Of a stretch of DNA of 64,000 bases, positions 48,170 to 60,551 are shown in pieces. The translations under genes and the position numbers were made by a program. The notes below the pieces were generated by a model that did not search any database, was not told the origin of the DNA, and worked only from the letters and a program-made list of their open reading frames with translations. Every line of letters starts with the position of its first letter. Within the stretch, counting starts at the first letter, position 1. This DNA comes from the human T2T-CHM13v2.0 reference genome, Homo sapiens: assembly GCF_009914755.1 (NCBI RefSeq), contig NC_060926.1; one strand, 5' to 3'.

Positions 48170-48800
48170 TCAGTGCGTATTTTCTCGTTTTATAGACGCT
48201 TCCTCATGCAAGAAATCCAAGGCTATAACAGTAGCTAAATGGTTTTCAGGAAATGTGTTTCTCTCATTGGGCATTTCTGCAGAAATCTCCAGCAGTATAA
48301 GTACATGTTTCACTGACTAAGTTGTAGAATTGTTAAATAAGTTATTACAGATACAATAGCATTAGGCAAAGCAAACTGAATTGGCTGGATTTCCATAGCT
48401 GAAGATATTGCAGATTAAAAACAATCAGATCCACTTCTAGTAGAAAACTTAAGTTGACCCCTTGCAAAATTGTCACTGGAAGGTCTGTGTCCCTAATAAT
48501 AGAACCTCACGTATCTTTTACTCCTAAATTCTGATGTGAGTAAATGCTACGAAGCTTTAATGTATTATGCCAAACTGTGTTTTCACCAAGTAAAGGAAGC
48601 TTTTTATGATCCGCTGCCTGAGGACAATTAAACCCTTCACAATCTAGAACCTAGAGAGATTGGGCCTTCTGGAAACAATGTCAGAGAAAGACTTCCCTTG
48701 CCACTCACACTGTAGCAAAACTTCAGGACCTCCAACCATAGGCATGTAATCTCACAATTCAGAAAGGTCCCTCCAGACTCTTGGAATTGTATACTCACTG
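48170..48800 (+). pseudogene. Retroviral integrase remnant
   Basis: CVFSRFIDASSCKKSKAITVAKWFSGNVFLSLGISAEISSSISTCFT resembles the gammaretroviral IN core (FSGWVEAFP...FGIP..ISSDRG.HF). Confidence 0.65.
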
Positions 48801-48949
48801 GAGACTCTAAGGTAAAGGAAGTTTCTCTCCAGAAGCAGATGGCATCCTAAATGTGGTCAGCTTTCCCAAGATCATGGATCAAGACTGCTCTGATATCACA
48901 CAATTCTTACCTCTTTTAATTTTTTTCTTGCTTATGCTTCTATGAGCAA

Positions 48950-49721
48950 TATAACTGGAAAAGGTGCCTCATGTGTACCTATGGAGTACACTTTTATTTA
49001 TGGAGAATTTTTCAGCCAACCTTATACATGAGCAAACTTATGTCTTGGTGGATGGAAGATAAAGGGCCAGTGTGGACTACGAATCTTAATGCTATTTTTG
49101 TTTCTACAGAATTGGTCAGAAACAGAACATTGGTCCTCTCCTCTTAACCTACATCACAGGTTAAAGAGATCATTGCCAGGTCTTTTCCTTTCTGGATGGA
49201 CATCATTGTGTTAGAGCTCTTTTATTATAGTTTGGAGAAATTTTAAATGAGTCAATAATTGTACATTTATCCCTCATGGCAGGCTCTACAGCATATTCTA
49301 CTGCAAAGGCTATGGTTGCACAATAGGCTTTTTAAAATTCTCTTGCTAAATTTGTACTAGGTAATATAATTGCTGCAGATTACCCACTAGCTGAACGAGG
49401 AGGAATCTGTGCAGTTGCTGACACTTTTTGCATATGGATGAATACACTGGGTATTGTAGAGACTCGGTTTCATGGAATTAACCAACAGCCTGCTTGATTA
49501 AAGAGGGCAGACTCCTTATCTGGCATATTCTTTGAAGGATTTGATTTTGGTGGGTTTGATTCATGGAGACCCTGGCTAAGGAACATACTCCAAGCCCTTG
49601 TTATTGTCCTCCTGAGAGCCATAATAGAAGACTTTCTGATGCTTTGTATTCTCTCAAAAGTTTTCAGTGTTTGCATGCAACCATCCTTAGAATATCAAAT
49701 GCTCTGTCTTCAACTAGAATG
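48950..49721 (+). pseudogene. Gamma-type env remnant (end of SU plus TM) with stop codons
   Basis: Furin site RLKR at 49158-49169; NSLAKFVLGNIIAADYPLAERGGICAVADTFC from 49336 (ISD and degenerate CX6CC); hydrophobic anchor ILQALVIVLL. Confidence 0.85.
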
Positions 49722-50129
49722 ACAAAATCTAAAAGAAATGCACAATCATGAGGACACTGTAACCTATGAATGATATGTTGAGATCAGAAGCCCCAAATGA
49801 CGGTAACTGAGAGTAGTGCTAATGCCCTAAGTTTTGGTCATGCTCTCACATAGGAATTGTTAAACAGAATTATGAGTGGCCGGTGTTTTGGACTGAGCTC
49901 CCGCACTAGTTCCCACCAGACCAGACCAAACTGACATGGAGCCATTTCTGCTCAATGTCACATAGTCGAACTGAAACTTTCAGAAAGCAGATAGATCCCA
50001 AAACCAGAGCTGAGATCTAACAAGACTTGCAAATTTCACACTTCAACCAAATAAGACCATTTACAATGGTGGCAGAGTTACATCACTACCTAAAGTTTTT
50101 GTGAATATCTCAAAATTGAGAGATTGACC

Positions 50130-50141
50130 AAAAGAAGGAAA
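50130..50141 (+). promoter_or_regulatory. Polypurine tract
   Basis: aaaagaaggaaa immediately before the 3' LTR. Confidence 0.75.
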
Positions 50142-50990
50142 TTTTTCAATTAAGTTTGGCCCATAGATGCCTCTATACATATTTTGAGTTTGGCCTAAAC
50201 ATTTCTCCATACATATTAAACTGTGACTTGATATATAAACTAACTGTAACCTACTCTTGTAAAACGGTAACCAAATCACAGCCAACTACAGGTAGCCAAC
50301 TATTCAAAGCAGGTTCAAATAAGGCAAATGCCCCATTGTAACTAATTAGCTGTTTTTTCACCTCATTTCAGCTTTCTATAGGTCACTTACCTTTTTCTGT
50401 CTGTAAGTGTTATCCAACCATGTGACAGCCCTGGAGTCACTCTGAACCAATTCTGATTTTGAGGGCTGCCCAATTCATGATTCATTTTTTGCTCAGTTAA
50501 GTACTATTAAATTTAATTTTTCTAAAGTTTATCCTTTAACATTTCTAACAATGAGGCCACCACATCTTTGCTATTCTTGTTCTAAACATAATTTTAAAAA
50601 ATAGTTTTTGAGTCATTTTTTTGGATGATGTTTTCCTAGTTACTTATAATTTTTTCATTTCAGATGGTCTTTCACTTGCTGTATCCCTAGTGTCACGAGG
50701 CTTCTCTTCATCATTCTCCTCTTTCTCTCTCTATTCCCTTTAGACAATAGTGATGCTCACCTACTCTTTCAGTCCCAGTCTTTCTTCATTGTTTTGATCC
50801 TCTTTCCACACGTCCCCCTTGGTCAAGCCACTAGACTCTCACCATGATTGCATTTCCAGCCCCCACACACGCTGTGCCCATGTGCACAGACACACACTCA
50901 CATACACCAAACAACTAGAAGAGTTGTTCAAGAGTTCAGCCACCTCTTATTTCTAAACAGGTGCCACTCAAAAATGCATCATCTTTTTCT

Positions 50991-51300
<310 letters not shown>

Positions 51301-53014
51301 ATGCATCATCTTTTTCTATGATATCAAATGAATTCCTCTTCTCTTGACTGTTTTTGATGAATCTGATTTTCATGATATAATCCTCCCTTAATTCAGGTAA
51401 CACTATTCTTGATAAACGAACTTTAGTAATAAAGTAAAATTTAGGTAATTGGGTAACCCCTTTTCTTGCACTGCATTTATTATATTTAGACTATTCCTTT
51501 GTGTTAATGTCAGAACTAAATGAAAGTGAGGGAACCAAACAGAGAATAACTACTAGGAAATTCATTAATTAGAGCCATGTTTATATCTTACTGTCAATTT
51601 TATTTGAACTAAATTATTGTAAGTTTAATGTGACTCTTTAAGTTTCTTATTAAGAAATAATATGCCTGAATTTCTGACTGTATGGGAGCACAGAAACCTT
51701 GCTCCAGAAGATTTAATAAATTAACTGAGCAAAGCACTGATAGCAATCCCTGACACATTGTAAGGGCTCAACCAGAGCTAGTTCATAAAATAATATATAT
51801 TTTTTACTTCATCAGTATTTTCACATTATGAGAGGTAGTCACAAGATTTTATTTAATAAAGAATATGGTTATTTTACAATAATAGAGCAGGAATCTAAAC
51901 AATAAATTTGCTGATCGACATTCTCCTGCTCTATCTTATGTTACTTATGATCTTTAATATTACATTTTAATGATTTACACTAGAGTTGACTATATATTTT
52001 AAAGTGTCAGTTATTACAGATACATTCTTGTATATGAAGCCCTATATATGGAGAGAAAATACATAACTCACCCTACAGAAGAATTCTTTATACAGAAAAT
52101 CTACCTTTGGCTTCCTCTAAGTAACAATGTCTGCCAGAGTGGCAGCCAGTCCTTGAAGTCTTTGATACTGGTTCTTGCATAGATAAGGATCTTGGGCCAG
52201 AATGGTAAACAACATCCTGCTTTCTTCAAGAAAATCTCATTACTAACCAAATTTCAGATGAGTAAACAGCATGCCCAATGACAGAGCTGATTTACATTCT
52301 GGCCTTCTTGCAACATGAGCCCAATTAGCAGAAACAAGCACTTCAAAAATTGGCATTGGTCTGCAGAACACACTTTGGAGCAGCATTGCACAGGAATGTT
52401 TACTAGACTATTTGAAATAAGTCAATTAAAATTTTGCCTCTTGAATAATGCAACCTATGAGTAAATGTGTGCTAGAAGTGACAATAAACATGAGCATGAA
52501 TTAATTTAGCAGAATGGCCATATTGAAATATTAGAAGTGATCAATGGTCATAAAAATATTTTGTCCCAAATCTCTGACTTTAATTTTCTGTATTGACAAC
52601 AAAGGTTAGTTGGTAAATATTAAGAGTTGAGAATACTGAGTAAGTTTTGAAAAGTTTCATGAGAAGGAATTTGCTGTTTTATATCCATTAATCTTCATAA
52701 GGCTGGTAGCTGAAGAGAATTTTTCCAATATTAGTCAAGCATGAAATGACAAAGCTGATAGACAGTTAAAGCAAATAGCATTTTTGTTTGTATAATGACT
52801 TTTGGGGGATATTATTAATAACCATTTTACCTTCATTAATTAGAGGAGCTGTATTTCCTCTGCTGGGTCTCAGAATAGATAATGTGCTTTTAGATTTTCT
52901 TTCAATTTAAATATTCATTTGAATGAAATACAGAACACGGAAATTGGAGCATGATTTAACCTAACGGTGTCAGTCAATCATAATTAAGGGTAAATAGAAA
53001 TGAGACCATTTTAA

Positions 53015-53480
53015 CTAATTTATTTATATATGTATTTAAAAACATTTACTACATACTAGACCATTTCACATATATTATCTTATTTAAAACTCACAATAAT
53101 GCACAGAATCTAAATAGCTGATACTCAGATTGAAACCAGGTATGACTGCTTTAGAATCCACCTTCAAACCATCCTCTTCCCCCACATTTTCCTAGGCTAG
53201 AACAGCAGCTGGTTTCAGTGTCACTACTGACATGAACCAAGGGTCTTTATATTCTACTCTATTCCCATAGAGTTATCTCACTTTGTCCCTTAACACAGCC
53301 TGTGCTCAGGTTTTTCATATTTCTCTGTATCTTCAAATTACTTACTTACATCAAATTTGTCTTTGATTCTATTCTTGAGAAATAAATTCTTATGGAAAGC
53401 TTATAGAAGAGGAATCTGGGGTTAAGTAAGCCGTCTGAGGTTCCATTATCAAGAGGAAATAAGCCCAGAATATCTAACTC
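53015..53480 (-). mobile_element. MIR fragments
   Basis: tttcacatatattatcttatttaaaactcacaataa; gaagaggaatctggggttaagtaa. Confidence 0.5.
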
Positions 53481-53519
53481 TATTAGAACAACCCCAACAA
53501 AACCTATTAGATCGTATTT

Positions 53520-53768
53520 ACTTTTTATTTTAAACACGTTTTATTAGAGAGAAATGTGCTTGGTGAATTATCAGCAAGTGAACACATTCATATAACCTCA
53601 CCCACATAGAGAAATAAAATAACTAGGATCCAGATGTTCCTTCATAAACCCTCTTGATTCTTACCCATTCACATTCTCCAAAAATAACCACTGTCTTGAT
53701 GTTTAACTCCATAGATTTGTTGCTTCTGGTTTTAAGCCTTTTATAGATTGAATTATATGTTATGTTTC
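53520..53768 (-). mobile_element. L1ME/L1MB 3' end fragment
   Basis: gtgaacacattcatataacctcacc...ataaccactgtcttgat...ccatagattt. Confidence 0.6.
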
Positions 53769-54131
53769 TATCTTAGTCCATTCAGACTGCTATAACAAAA
53801 TACCATAGACTAGGTCACTAATAAACAACAGAAATTTATTTCTCACAGTTTTGGAGGCTGGAAGTCCAAGATCCAGGCACTAGCAGATACAGGGGATGGT
53901 TAGCGATCTCTTCCTGATTTATAGAAGGTGACTTCTTGCTGCGTCCTCACATGGTAGAAGGGGTGAGGCAGCTCTCTACGGCCTCTTTTATAAGGGTATT
54001 AATCCCTTTCATGAGGGATCTGACCTCATGAGAGAATTACTTTCCCAAAAGGCCTACTTTCTAATACTTTCATCTTAGGGGTGAGAATTTCAACATATTA
54101 ATTTTGCGGATACATAAGCATCCAGTCTGTT
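53769..54131 (-). mobile_element. MLT1A0-like MaLR LTR
   Basis: cttagtccattcagactgctataacaaaataccatagact...tttcaacatattaatttt. Confidence 0.85.
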
Positions 54132-54271
54132 AAATAAAGTAACACTGTTACTTATTTATTTATTAAACTTTTTTATTAAACTTATTTTTTATTAAACTTA
54201 TTAAGCTTATTTTTTATTAAACTTATTTATTTATTAAACTTTATTTATTACTGTTTAATAAAACAGTTACT
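54132..54271. repeat. AT-rich imperfect tandem array (ttattaaact units) with terminal hairpins
   Basis: Read directly. Confidence 0.85.
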
Positions 54272-54546
54272 GTTTCTATGTTGAACTTGCATCAGCACTC
54301 TTGGTTAATTTATATGTTAATTCTAATAGTTTACTTATGAATTATTTTGGATTACTATATATATAGATATTTTGTCTACAAAAGAATGACAGTTACATCT
54401 TTCCTTGTGTCATTTCTTTTTCTTGACTTATAGCAATAGCTATAATCACCAGTGCAAAGTAGCGATGATGCTGTGATGGCAGGCAATTTTGTCTTATTTC
54501 TTATGTTAAAGATTTCAGATGTCACCATCAAGTATATTGTGTGATG

Positions 54547-54860
54547 TAGGGTGTATATATATTTTTATATATGTATATATGCACATATATACTTATATAT
54601 TTGATAAAGGATGTGTATATATATACTTATAGATGTATACATACTTGTATATGTATATATAGATGTATATATACATCTATAAGTATATATATGTCTATAT
54701 GTATATGTACACATATATACACATATACATATAGACATATATATACTTATAGATGTGTATATATATCCATACACCCTATGTGTATACAAACATCCTTTAT
54801 CAAATATGTATACATACATGTATATATACATCCTTTATCAAATATATATACATAAATATA
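54547..54860. repeat. TA-rich low-complexity region with long inverted repeats
   Basis: Perfect 36-bp arms at 54673-54708 and 54721-54756. Confidence 0.9.
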
Positions 54861-55046
54861 TTCTTTATCAAATTGAGAAATTTCCTTGTATCAAAATTGT
54901 TTTTCTGCATTTATTGCAATGATTATATATTATTTTCTTTCTTTGTCCTGTTAGTGAATGGTGAATAATTTTTATTGATTTCTAAGCTATACTTGAGGAA
55001 TACATCTAACTTGATCGTAATGTATAATTCTTTTCATATTACAAGA

Positions 55047-55430
55047 TGATATGGTTTGGATTTGTGTTCCTGCCCGCATCTCATTTCAAATTATAATCCC
55101 CAGTGTTGAAGGAGGGGCCTGGTGGGAGGTGATTGGATCATGGGGGCTGACATCCCCCTTGCTGTTCTCATGACAGTGAGTGAATTCTTACAAGATCTGG
55201 TTGTCTCAAAGTGTGTAGCACCTCTCCCTTCTCTCCTTTTCTCCTACTCCAACCATGTAAGATGTGCCTACTTCTCTTTCGCCTTCCACCATGATTGTAA
55301 GTTTCCTGAGGCTTTCCCAGCCATGATTTCTGTACAGCCTGCAGAACCATGAGCCTATTAAACCTCTTTTCTTTATAAAACACCCAGTCTCAGATAGTTC
55401 TTTATAGCAATGTGAGAATGAACTAACACA
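55047..55430 (+). mobile_element. MSTA-like MaLR solo LTR
   Basis: tgatatggtttggatttgtg...gaactaacaca termini. Confidence 0.9.
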
Positions 55431-56834
55431 GAAGGCATTTGGCTAGTTAATATATATATTTTTTAAAATTTCCATATATTTCTTGGAAAAGTTGGCCTGA
55501 ATATAGACATTCTTACAATATCCTTTACAGAGATTCATACCGAGTTTATGTTGAACTCATAACGATGTGATAATAAGTTCTTGTTTCTATTGTGTAGGTG
55601 AGTTGGGTAAGTCTGCTATTATATCTCCCTAAAGTATTTGATACGATTCATCAATAAAACCATTTGGGTTTATAGTTTTATGTGTAGGAATACTTCAAAT
55701 TATATATTCAATTTCTTTAACAGATACAGTACATCTCAGATTTTGATGAATTGTGTTACTTTAAGAATTTGTCTATTTTATGTAAAATTTTACCAAATCA
55801 GGAGCATGAAGTTCTTTATAATATCATTTTATTATATTTTAAGGTCTGTAGGGCCTGATAATCAATATCAGGAGTAAAAAGTAAGATACTCTGTAGAAGT
55901 TATTTCTATTATTTGTAATTTTGCATTCTCTCATTGAGTCATAATCAGCTTAACCAGTGGTTTATATCAATTTATTGGACTCTACAAATAATTGATTTTG
56001 CTCTTCATAATTATACGTTTTTTCTTCTTTCTTCAGTTGCATTTTGAACTATCTTTGTCATTTCCTTTCTTCTACTATCTTTGACTTTTATGCACAGTGT
56101 TCTTCTATTTTGTTTTTCTTTGTTTTGGTAGCTTTCTGAGCTATAAATTAGATCACTGGTGGCCTTTCCTCTTCCCAATTTTTGCATGTAAAATCAAACA
56201 TTTATCTACATCCACCAAGTTTTGATACTCCTATTTTCATTATAATTTGCTTCAAAACATTTTCTAATTTCTGATGTAATGTTGTTTTACCTGTGAATTA
56301 TTTAAACCTTCTGTGATTTATTTTTCAAAACATGGGAATTTTCTTGTCAACTTTTGTTCTTAATATCTTATTAATTTTGTTATTTTCACTGTAGTTAGAG
56401 ACTTTGTACAATGCAAACCTTTAAAATTTGGTGAAGGTTTCTTTATGGCTCAGTGTGTGATGAATTTCAGTAAATGTTTCATATTCAGCTAAAAATGTGT
56501 ATTCTCTAGTAGCATGTTAATTAGGTCAAGTTGATTAATAATACACTTTCAAATATTTTATGTAGTTATTGATTTCCCCCCTCTATTTGTTCTGATACAT
56601 ACTAAGAGATGTATACTAAAATTTCACACTGTAATTGTAGATTTGTATATTTGTTTGCATTTTTTGAATATTTGCTGAGTATATTGTGAGAATGCATAAT
56701 TGGGTGCCTACAAATTTAGAATTTTTTTCTTTCTAATGATTGGATCATTTTATAACTATGACATTTTCTTCTTTTCCTCTGGTAGTGCTTTTTGCTTTAA
56801 TATTTACTTTGTTTTAAATCAATTATATTCACAC

Positions 56835-57430
56835 TGTTCGAGACATCCTAACCAGAGTGAGTCCACCTTGAATAAAGGCTTAATAAAACCAAACTTTCTG
56901 GGTTACATTCCCAGGGGGTTGGGCACTTTGGGTCACAAGATGTTTATGGTTAAGGAACTGAGTTAATGATGCTAATTAACTAAATGAAGACCTAGAATTT
57001 ATGGAAATGCCCCAGTACTTTAAGAACAAAAAGAATTCTTAGTTTAAGAATAGGTTTTGCTTTAAATATAATAGTACACTCATATGCTGAAATCAATAGT
57101 AACATAGGAAAATAATAATACTAATAGCCTGTCCCAAGCTGATTACAAGCCTCTGTAAAAAAGTGAAGTGGTCTTAATAACGCATATAAGCAAGCAGAAT
57201 GTTTAAGGTAGGGGTGTTCCTCCTCTTGCTTTCTGAGGATGCCGTAGTCTGTAATACAGTAGTCTTTAATAAACTATCTTAACTTCACTATACTGTGACT
57301 TTCCCTAAATTTTTTGCTGTGTGAGATCCAAGAACCTGCTCTTGGGGTCTGGGACAAGACCCCTTTTCAGGTGATATTTCCTCTGGTGACTGCCAGACCT
57401 TAATGAGGTGAGACCTCCTTTCTGGTAACA
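56835..57430 (+). mobile_element. MER41-family ERV1 LTR with a duplicated terminus
   Basis: accagagtgagtccaccttgaata...gagatccaagaacctgctcttggggtctgg; TSD acac/atac. Confidence 0.8.
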
Positions 57431-57492
57431 ATACCAACTTTCTTCCTTTGTCCTTCCTTTTACTTTCACATTTCTATATTGTAATATTTAGG

Positions 57493-57526
57493 GTGTGTGT
57501 GTGTGTGTGTGTGTGCGTGTGTGTGT
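57493..57526. repeat. (GT)n microsatellite with one interruption
   Basis: Read directly. Confidence 0.95.
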
Positions 57527-57628
57527 AAGTGGTATATGGTTGTGCTTTTAAAGACTTTATACCTGATCTGACAATCATTGCTTTTCTATTGTTTATTTCT
57601 TTAAGTTGAACTATAACTTACATATAAG

Positions 57629-58111
57629 TGAGGAAAGAAAAGAACTTTTATCTGAGGAAAAAGAACTTTTGCGTGAGGAATGTGAACCCTTTCAAAATAT
57701 TAGGAGAAAAGAGGCATGAAAATGAGACAGCAATCATGTTCTATTCTGCCCTTTCGAGCTATGTACTAATCTCTTGAAACTGCTTGCAATTGCCACAAGT
57801 ATTAATTAGCCTAATAATGTCTCATTATATGCTGTTACCCACACCCTGTAGCTTAACAGTGTATAGCCAATCACTAATCAATGTTATTTCTCTAAACGAA
57901 TGATAATTCATAACATAATTTGATTAATATATCAGCCTATTCTCTGTTCCCTCTTTTTTTGCCATTAAAAACCTGCCTGTAACAAAGGCCAAACAGAGCT
58001 TATATCGAAGATTGCCTGGGTCTGAATCTTGCAGGCAGCCATCCTTATTTTGGCTCAAGTATATTATTTAAATCACATTTTGTGTGTTGGTCTCTTCCTT
58101 TCAGGTTGACA
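57629..58111 (+). mobile_element. MER4-group ERV1 solo LTR (family not pinned) inside an L1ME 3' end
   Basis: TG...CA termini; TSD taag/caag; host L1 continues across it. Confidence 0.75.
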
Positions 58112-58934
58112 CAAGAAAGCTCACACCATAAATGTAGAGCTTGATGAATTTTTGTAAATGCAACACACTTGTGTTACCAGCACTTGGATAAAGAGACAAA
58201 ATATTACCAATATTCCACCATTCTTCTGTTCCTATTCCAGTCCTCACCTTCCCAAGGCACCACAGCGTAAAAGAAAGCATGGGTTGTGCCATTTTACAAT
58301 GCTCAACTCTCACTTGAGCTATTTGCAAAGATTTCTGAGGGTTCTCTCTAGGGTTTTCAATTCTCACTGAGTTTTTCTCAGAGACCCCTGACCGTTGAAG
58401 ATCCCTGTCTCCTCAGCATTGGGAAGTTGTAGAAAAGTCCACTCTTCTCTAGTTTTGGTGTATCTTTTAGCCATCCAGCCTGCACAGCTTCAGACTTAAT
58501 CAGTTATCTTGTGGGGAAGTGGCCCACGAAGCCTCTGCTTTTGTCATTCCAGTGTCTTTACAAATACTAAAAGCTGGCTGATTTCTCCAGCTCCTGCAGC
58601 AGCCCTGTTAGGGCAAGTGCGGATTCTCACCCTCTAGCCTTGCTCAGAATCAGTAAGAGAAATCAACTAATGGGCAGCGGCAGATCCTCAGCTCACCTCT
58701 GAAACTTTCTCCTCTCTCTGGAACTTTTGTTCCTCTAGATTTTATGAAAGCAGCTTTCAAAATAATGTGGTTGTGTAACTTAACAGGTTGTTGTCATTGG
58801 GACTGTGAGACAGCCATGAACTATTCCATCTTATATGAAAGTAGAAGCAAGTGCATATTTCATATCCTTGTCCTCTAATTAGAATGTTTATGCCATTTGA
58901 ATTGAACGAAAGAACACACATTTGTAGGGATTTA

Positions 58935-60000
58935 AAAATTTTTATTTCAACAGTTTTTGGGGTAAAGGTGGTTTGTGGTTACATAGATGAGTTCTTCAGT
59001 GGTGATTTCTGAGATTTTAGTGCAGCCGTCGCCTGAGCAGTGTACACTGTACCCAATGTGTAGTCTTTTCTCTCTCACCCCCGGAGCCCTTCCCCTTAAG
59101 TCCCCAAAGTCCATTATATCATTCTTATGCCTTTGAATTCTCATAGCTTAGCTCCCATTTATAAGTGAGAACATATAATGTTTGGTTTTCCATTCCTGAG
59201 TTACTTTACTTAGAATAATGGGCTCAATCTCCATCCAAGTTGCTGCAAAAGACATTATTTTGTTCTTTTTTATGGTTAAGTAGTATTCCATGGTGTATAT
59301 ATACATTTTCTTTATCCACTTGTTGGTTGATGGACACTTAAGTTGGTTCCATATATTTGCAATGGTGAATTGTGCTACTATAAACATGTGTGCAGGTGTC
59401 TTTTTTATGTAATGACTTCTTTTGCTTTGGGGAGATACCCAGTAGTGTGACTGCTGGATCCAATGGTAGTTCTATTTTGGTTCTTAAAGGAATCTACAGA
59501 CTGTTTTCCATAGTGGTTTCACTAATTTATATTTCCACCAGCAGGGTAAATATGTTCTGTTTTCAACACATCCATGCCACTAACTATTGTTTTTATACTT
59601 TAATTATGGCCATTTTTGCAGGAGTAAGATGGTATCTCATCATGGTTTTAATTTGCATTTCTCTGATAATTAGTGAAGTTGAGCATTTTTTTTTCATGTT
59701 TGTTGACCATTTGTGTATCTTCTTTTGATAAATGTCTATTCATGTCCTTTGTCCACTTTTTGATAGGATTATCTGTTTTTTTCTCATTTGGAATACTAGT
59801 CCTTTGTCAGATGGAGTTTGTGAATATTTTCTACTGCTCTGTGGGTTGGTTTGTTTACTCTGCTGATTATACTTTTGCTGTGCAGAAGTTTTTTAGTTTA
59901 ATTAGGTCCCATTGATTTATTTTTGTTTTTGTTGCATTTGTTTTTGGGGTCTTAGTCATGAATTCTTTGCCTAAGCCAATGTAAAAAAGAGTTTTCCCAG
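58935..60000 (-). mobile_element. L1PB1-like 3' end
   Basis: 3'UTR tttttggggtaaaggtggttt...gtccccaaagtccattatatc; ORF2 C-terminal peptide in ORF 59148..59387. Confidence 0.9.
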
Positions 60001-60520
60001 TGGTCATGAGAGTTCGTCCCCACTTGAGATCATACTGCAAGGTTCAGCTGGGAGCTTCTTTCACCCTGAAACCCCTCCCTGAGCTCATTGGCTGACTTCC
60101 CTGAGGGCCCCTGTGAGATACAGTCAGGAATGGCTTTCCTTGGTTGATGCTAGAGACTGGGAATGCCTACAAGGCACTTCCTGCTGCTGCTTCTAATTTT
60201 ATATTTCATGCCGCTCCAGCTCTGGGTAGGGTTAAGGCCTTCTCCCTTGGACTGGATTTTCAGATTCCACAGTGGAGACGTGTACCTGGAGGCAGACTTT
60301 CCTCCCGTCACACTCTGGGAACTGATAATTTTTCACTTGTCTCACAGAGTAGGCTGCAACCTACTGCTTCTTTCAAAGTGTCTGTGGATTCTTTCTGTTT
60401 TCCTGTTAAGTTCCTGTGGTGGTTCTGGAGAAAAAAATTTCACAGTGTGAATCTGTACCCAAGATTCTGTCCTTCTAAGTGGGAAAGGCCCACGAACACT
60501 GCCTTTTGTCCATCACCTTG
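60001..60520 (-). mobile_element. L1PB-type 5'UTR start
   Basis: ttctttcaaagtgtctgtggattct...gtccatcaccttg is the reverse complement of an L1 5' start. Confidence 0.75.
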
Positions 60521-60551
60521 AAAGCATAAAATAAACAGAACAAAAGAACCC

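Larger units (their letters stand above)
54277..57600 (-). mobile_element. Old L1M ORF2 fragments interrupted by a TA-rich fold-back, MSTA and MER41
   Basis: tgatggcaggcaattttgtcttattt, ttctttatcaaattgagaaatttcc, tctacatccaccaagttttgata. Confidence 0.65.

Noticed and set aside
54132-54271. CRISPR-like array
   Set aside because: Eukaryotic context, short degenerate units and no unique spacers
54565-54968. Y/I/T-rich ORFs
   Set aside because: Translations of TA-rich low-complexity sequence
56835-57430. Interferon-inducible MER41 enhancer
   Set aside because: I could not see the tandem TTCnnnGAA STAT1 sites described for MER41B in this copy
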